In this document: positions 62,915-64,000 of the stretch, piece by piece | How the letters are laid out: each line of letters starts with the position of its first letter | Numbering within the stretch: position 1 is the first letter of the stretch | Source: Callorhinchus milii | Taxonomy: Eukaryota | DNA length: 64,000 bases | Assembly (NCBI RefSeq): GCF_018977255.1 | Contig: NW_024704743.1 | Span: 87,670,001-87,734,000, forward strand | Direction of reading: 5' to 3' | The notes under the pieces: model-generated | What the model was told of the DNA's origin: nothing | The model's input: the letters and a program-made list of their open reading frames with translations, nothing else | Database searches by the model: none | Translations under genes and position numbers: made by a program

Positions 62915-63397
62915 TAATCAATGCATTTAATCCAGTGCCTTTCATGTCAAAGTGCTTCAAAGGATTTACTGTACAGTATAGTACTGTACAGCACTCTAAG
63001 ACATCGTCCTGCGTGAAGGGTGCTATATAAATGCAAGTTGTTATTGTTCTTGTAGTAATTGGGTATTTTTCTAGGTCAACACGCTAGTCAATTTGTACAC
63101 AGTAATGTTCCACAAAGAGCCATGAAGTAAATGACCAATTTTATTTAGGGTGTTGTTGGCCAGGACACCAAGAGGAATTGCCTTCATTTTTCTAATAGCG
63201 CCATGGGATCTTTAACATCAACATGAACAAGTAAAAGGTACCAGTTTAACCAAAGGCACCTCCAATAATTCAGCACGTCCCCAACAATGCATTGGAGATT
63301 CAGCCCAGACTACGTGAATTTAAAGTCCCAATGTTGGTCTTGAACCCATAAGCTTATGGCTCAGAGGCAAGAGTGCTACCAACGGAGCCACGCTGAC
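62915..63397 (-). mobile_element. Deu-domain SINE with an oppositely oriented L2 tail (about 62982-63050) inserted
   Basis: Head 63335-63397, GCCATGGGATCTTTAAC core, tail split by GAAGGGTGCTATATAAATGCAAGTTGTT. Confidence 0.75.
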
Positions 63398-63402
63398 ACA
63401 CA

Positions 63403-63474
63403 GATGGTTCTACCCCACAGCCACAAGGTGAGGGGCTGGATGGTTCTACCCCACAGCCACAAGGTGAGGGGCTG
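63403..63474 (+). repeat. Perfect 36-bp tandem duplication
   Basis: GATGGTTCTACCCCACAGCCACAAGGTGAGGGGCTG x2. Confidence 0.95.
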
Positions 63475-63650
63475 TTGGAGGATAGTGCAATAACATTAGC
63501 AGATTCATGTGACGTACTGTAGCTGGAATCTGGCCATTTCCATCTTCCATGCATGGTTGGTATCTAGGAAGAGGAAACACATGGTATAGCACACTAGCGG
63601 ACAGCGGTGACTTGTTCTATGGTTGAAATTTTACCCGAGTGTTACACATA

Positions 63651-63687
63651 CAACAACAACAACAACAAGATTCCATTTATAAAGCGT
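63651..63687 (-). mobile_element. Extremely truncated young L2 tail
   Basis: Reverse complement CGCTTTATAAATGGAATCTTGTTGTTG is identical to the L2 end at 1005-1043. Confidence 0.85.
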
Positions 63688-63854
63688 TATATCACATAGA
63701 ACCTATGTTGATAACGTTGATATCACATAGAACCTATACAACAAGTAGGTATTTTCATTGCATTAACGTGGACTAGATTTGAACTCAGAGTCCAAAAGTA
63801 AACATAGCTCATAAAGCTTCTAAAGCACACAGTCTCACTCTGATTTGAAATATT

Positions 63855-63996
63855 ACAACAATCCCCCAGATAAAATTGATCATTCACTTTATGGCTGTGT
63901 GCAATTCGGTAGTTGCATTCACTGCCAAAATACTCTGCGAAATGCTTTGAAACATTTCATTCTTATAGGTGCTATATCAAATGCAAGGAGTATTAT
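63855..63996 (+). mobile_element. Deu-SINE 3' remnant
   Basis: CAATCCCCCAGATAAAATTGATCATTCAC...TATCAAATGCAAGG. Confidence 0.7.
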
Positions 63997-64000
63997 TGCT

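Noticed and set aside
63403..63474. 36-38-bp direct repeats as a CRISPR-like array (also 19617-19692)
   Set aside because: Only two abutting units, no spacers, no cas genes, and a vertebrate context.
1..64000. Strand bias of LINE/SINE insertions as an indicator of host transcription direction
   Set aside because: Both orientations are common and the modest minus excess of L2 is not convincing by eye.

Overview
Eukaryotic, AT-rich non-coding DNA (large intron or gene desert) from a vertebrate. The repeat content points to a cartilaginous fish, possibly a chimaera/elephant shark (inference). I found no intact host protein-coding gene, RNA gene or CRISPR array. Most of the longer predicted ORFs are decayed L2 or CR1 LINE ORF2 fragments or alternate frames of repeats. 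The window is dominated by L2 fragments with (GTT)n tails, CR1 fragments, and three related tRNA-derived SINE types that share an L2-type 3' tail with (ATT)n: a Deu-domain SINE and long and short tRNA-Ala-headed forms. It also holds ancient LF-SINE-like and AmnSINE2-like copies and several palindromic MITE-like elements. The most informative structures are a modular SINE series whose L2-recognition stem-loop shows a compensatory change, several multi-level nested insertions, an unclassified insertion with a 9-bp target duplication, a perfect 21-bp hairpin, candidate isolated exons, and candidate CTCF, SoxE and PBX-HOX/MEIS sites. Family names come from recalled consensus sequences and need Dfam/Repbase confirmation. 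Boundaries are approximate (about +/-10-30 bp).
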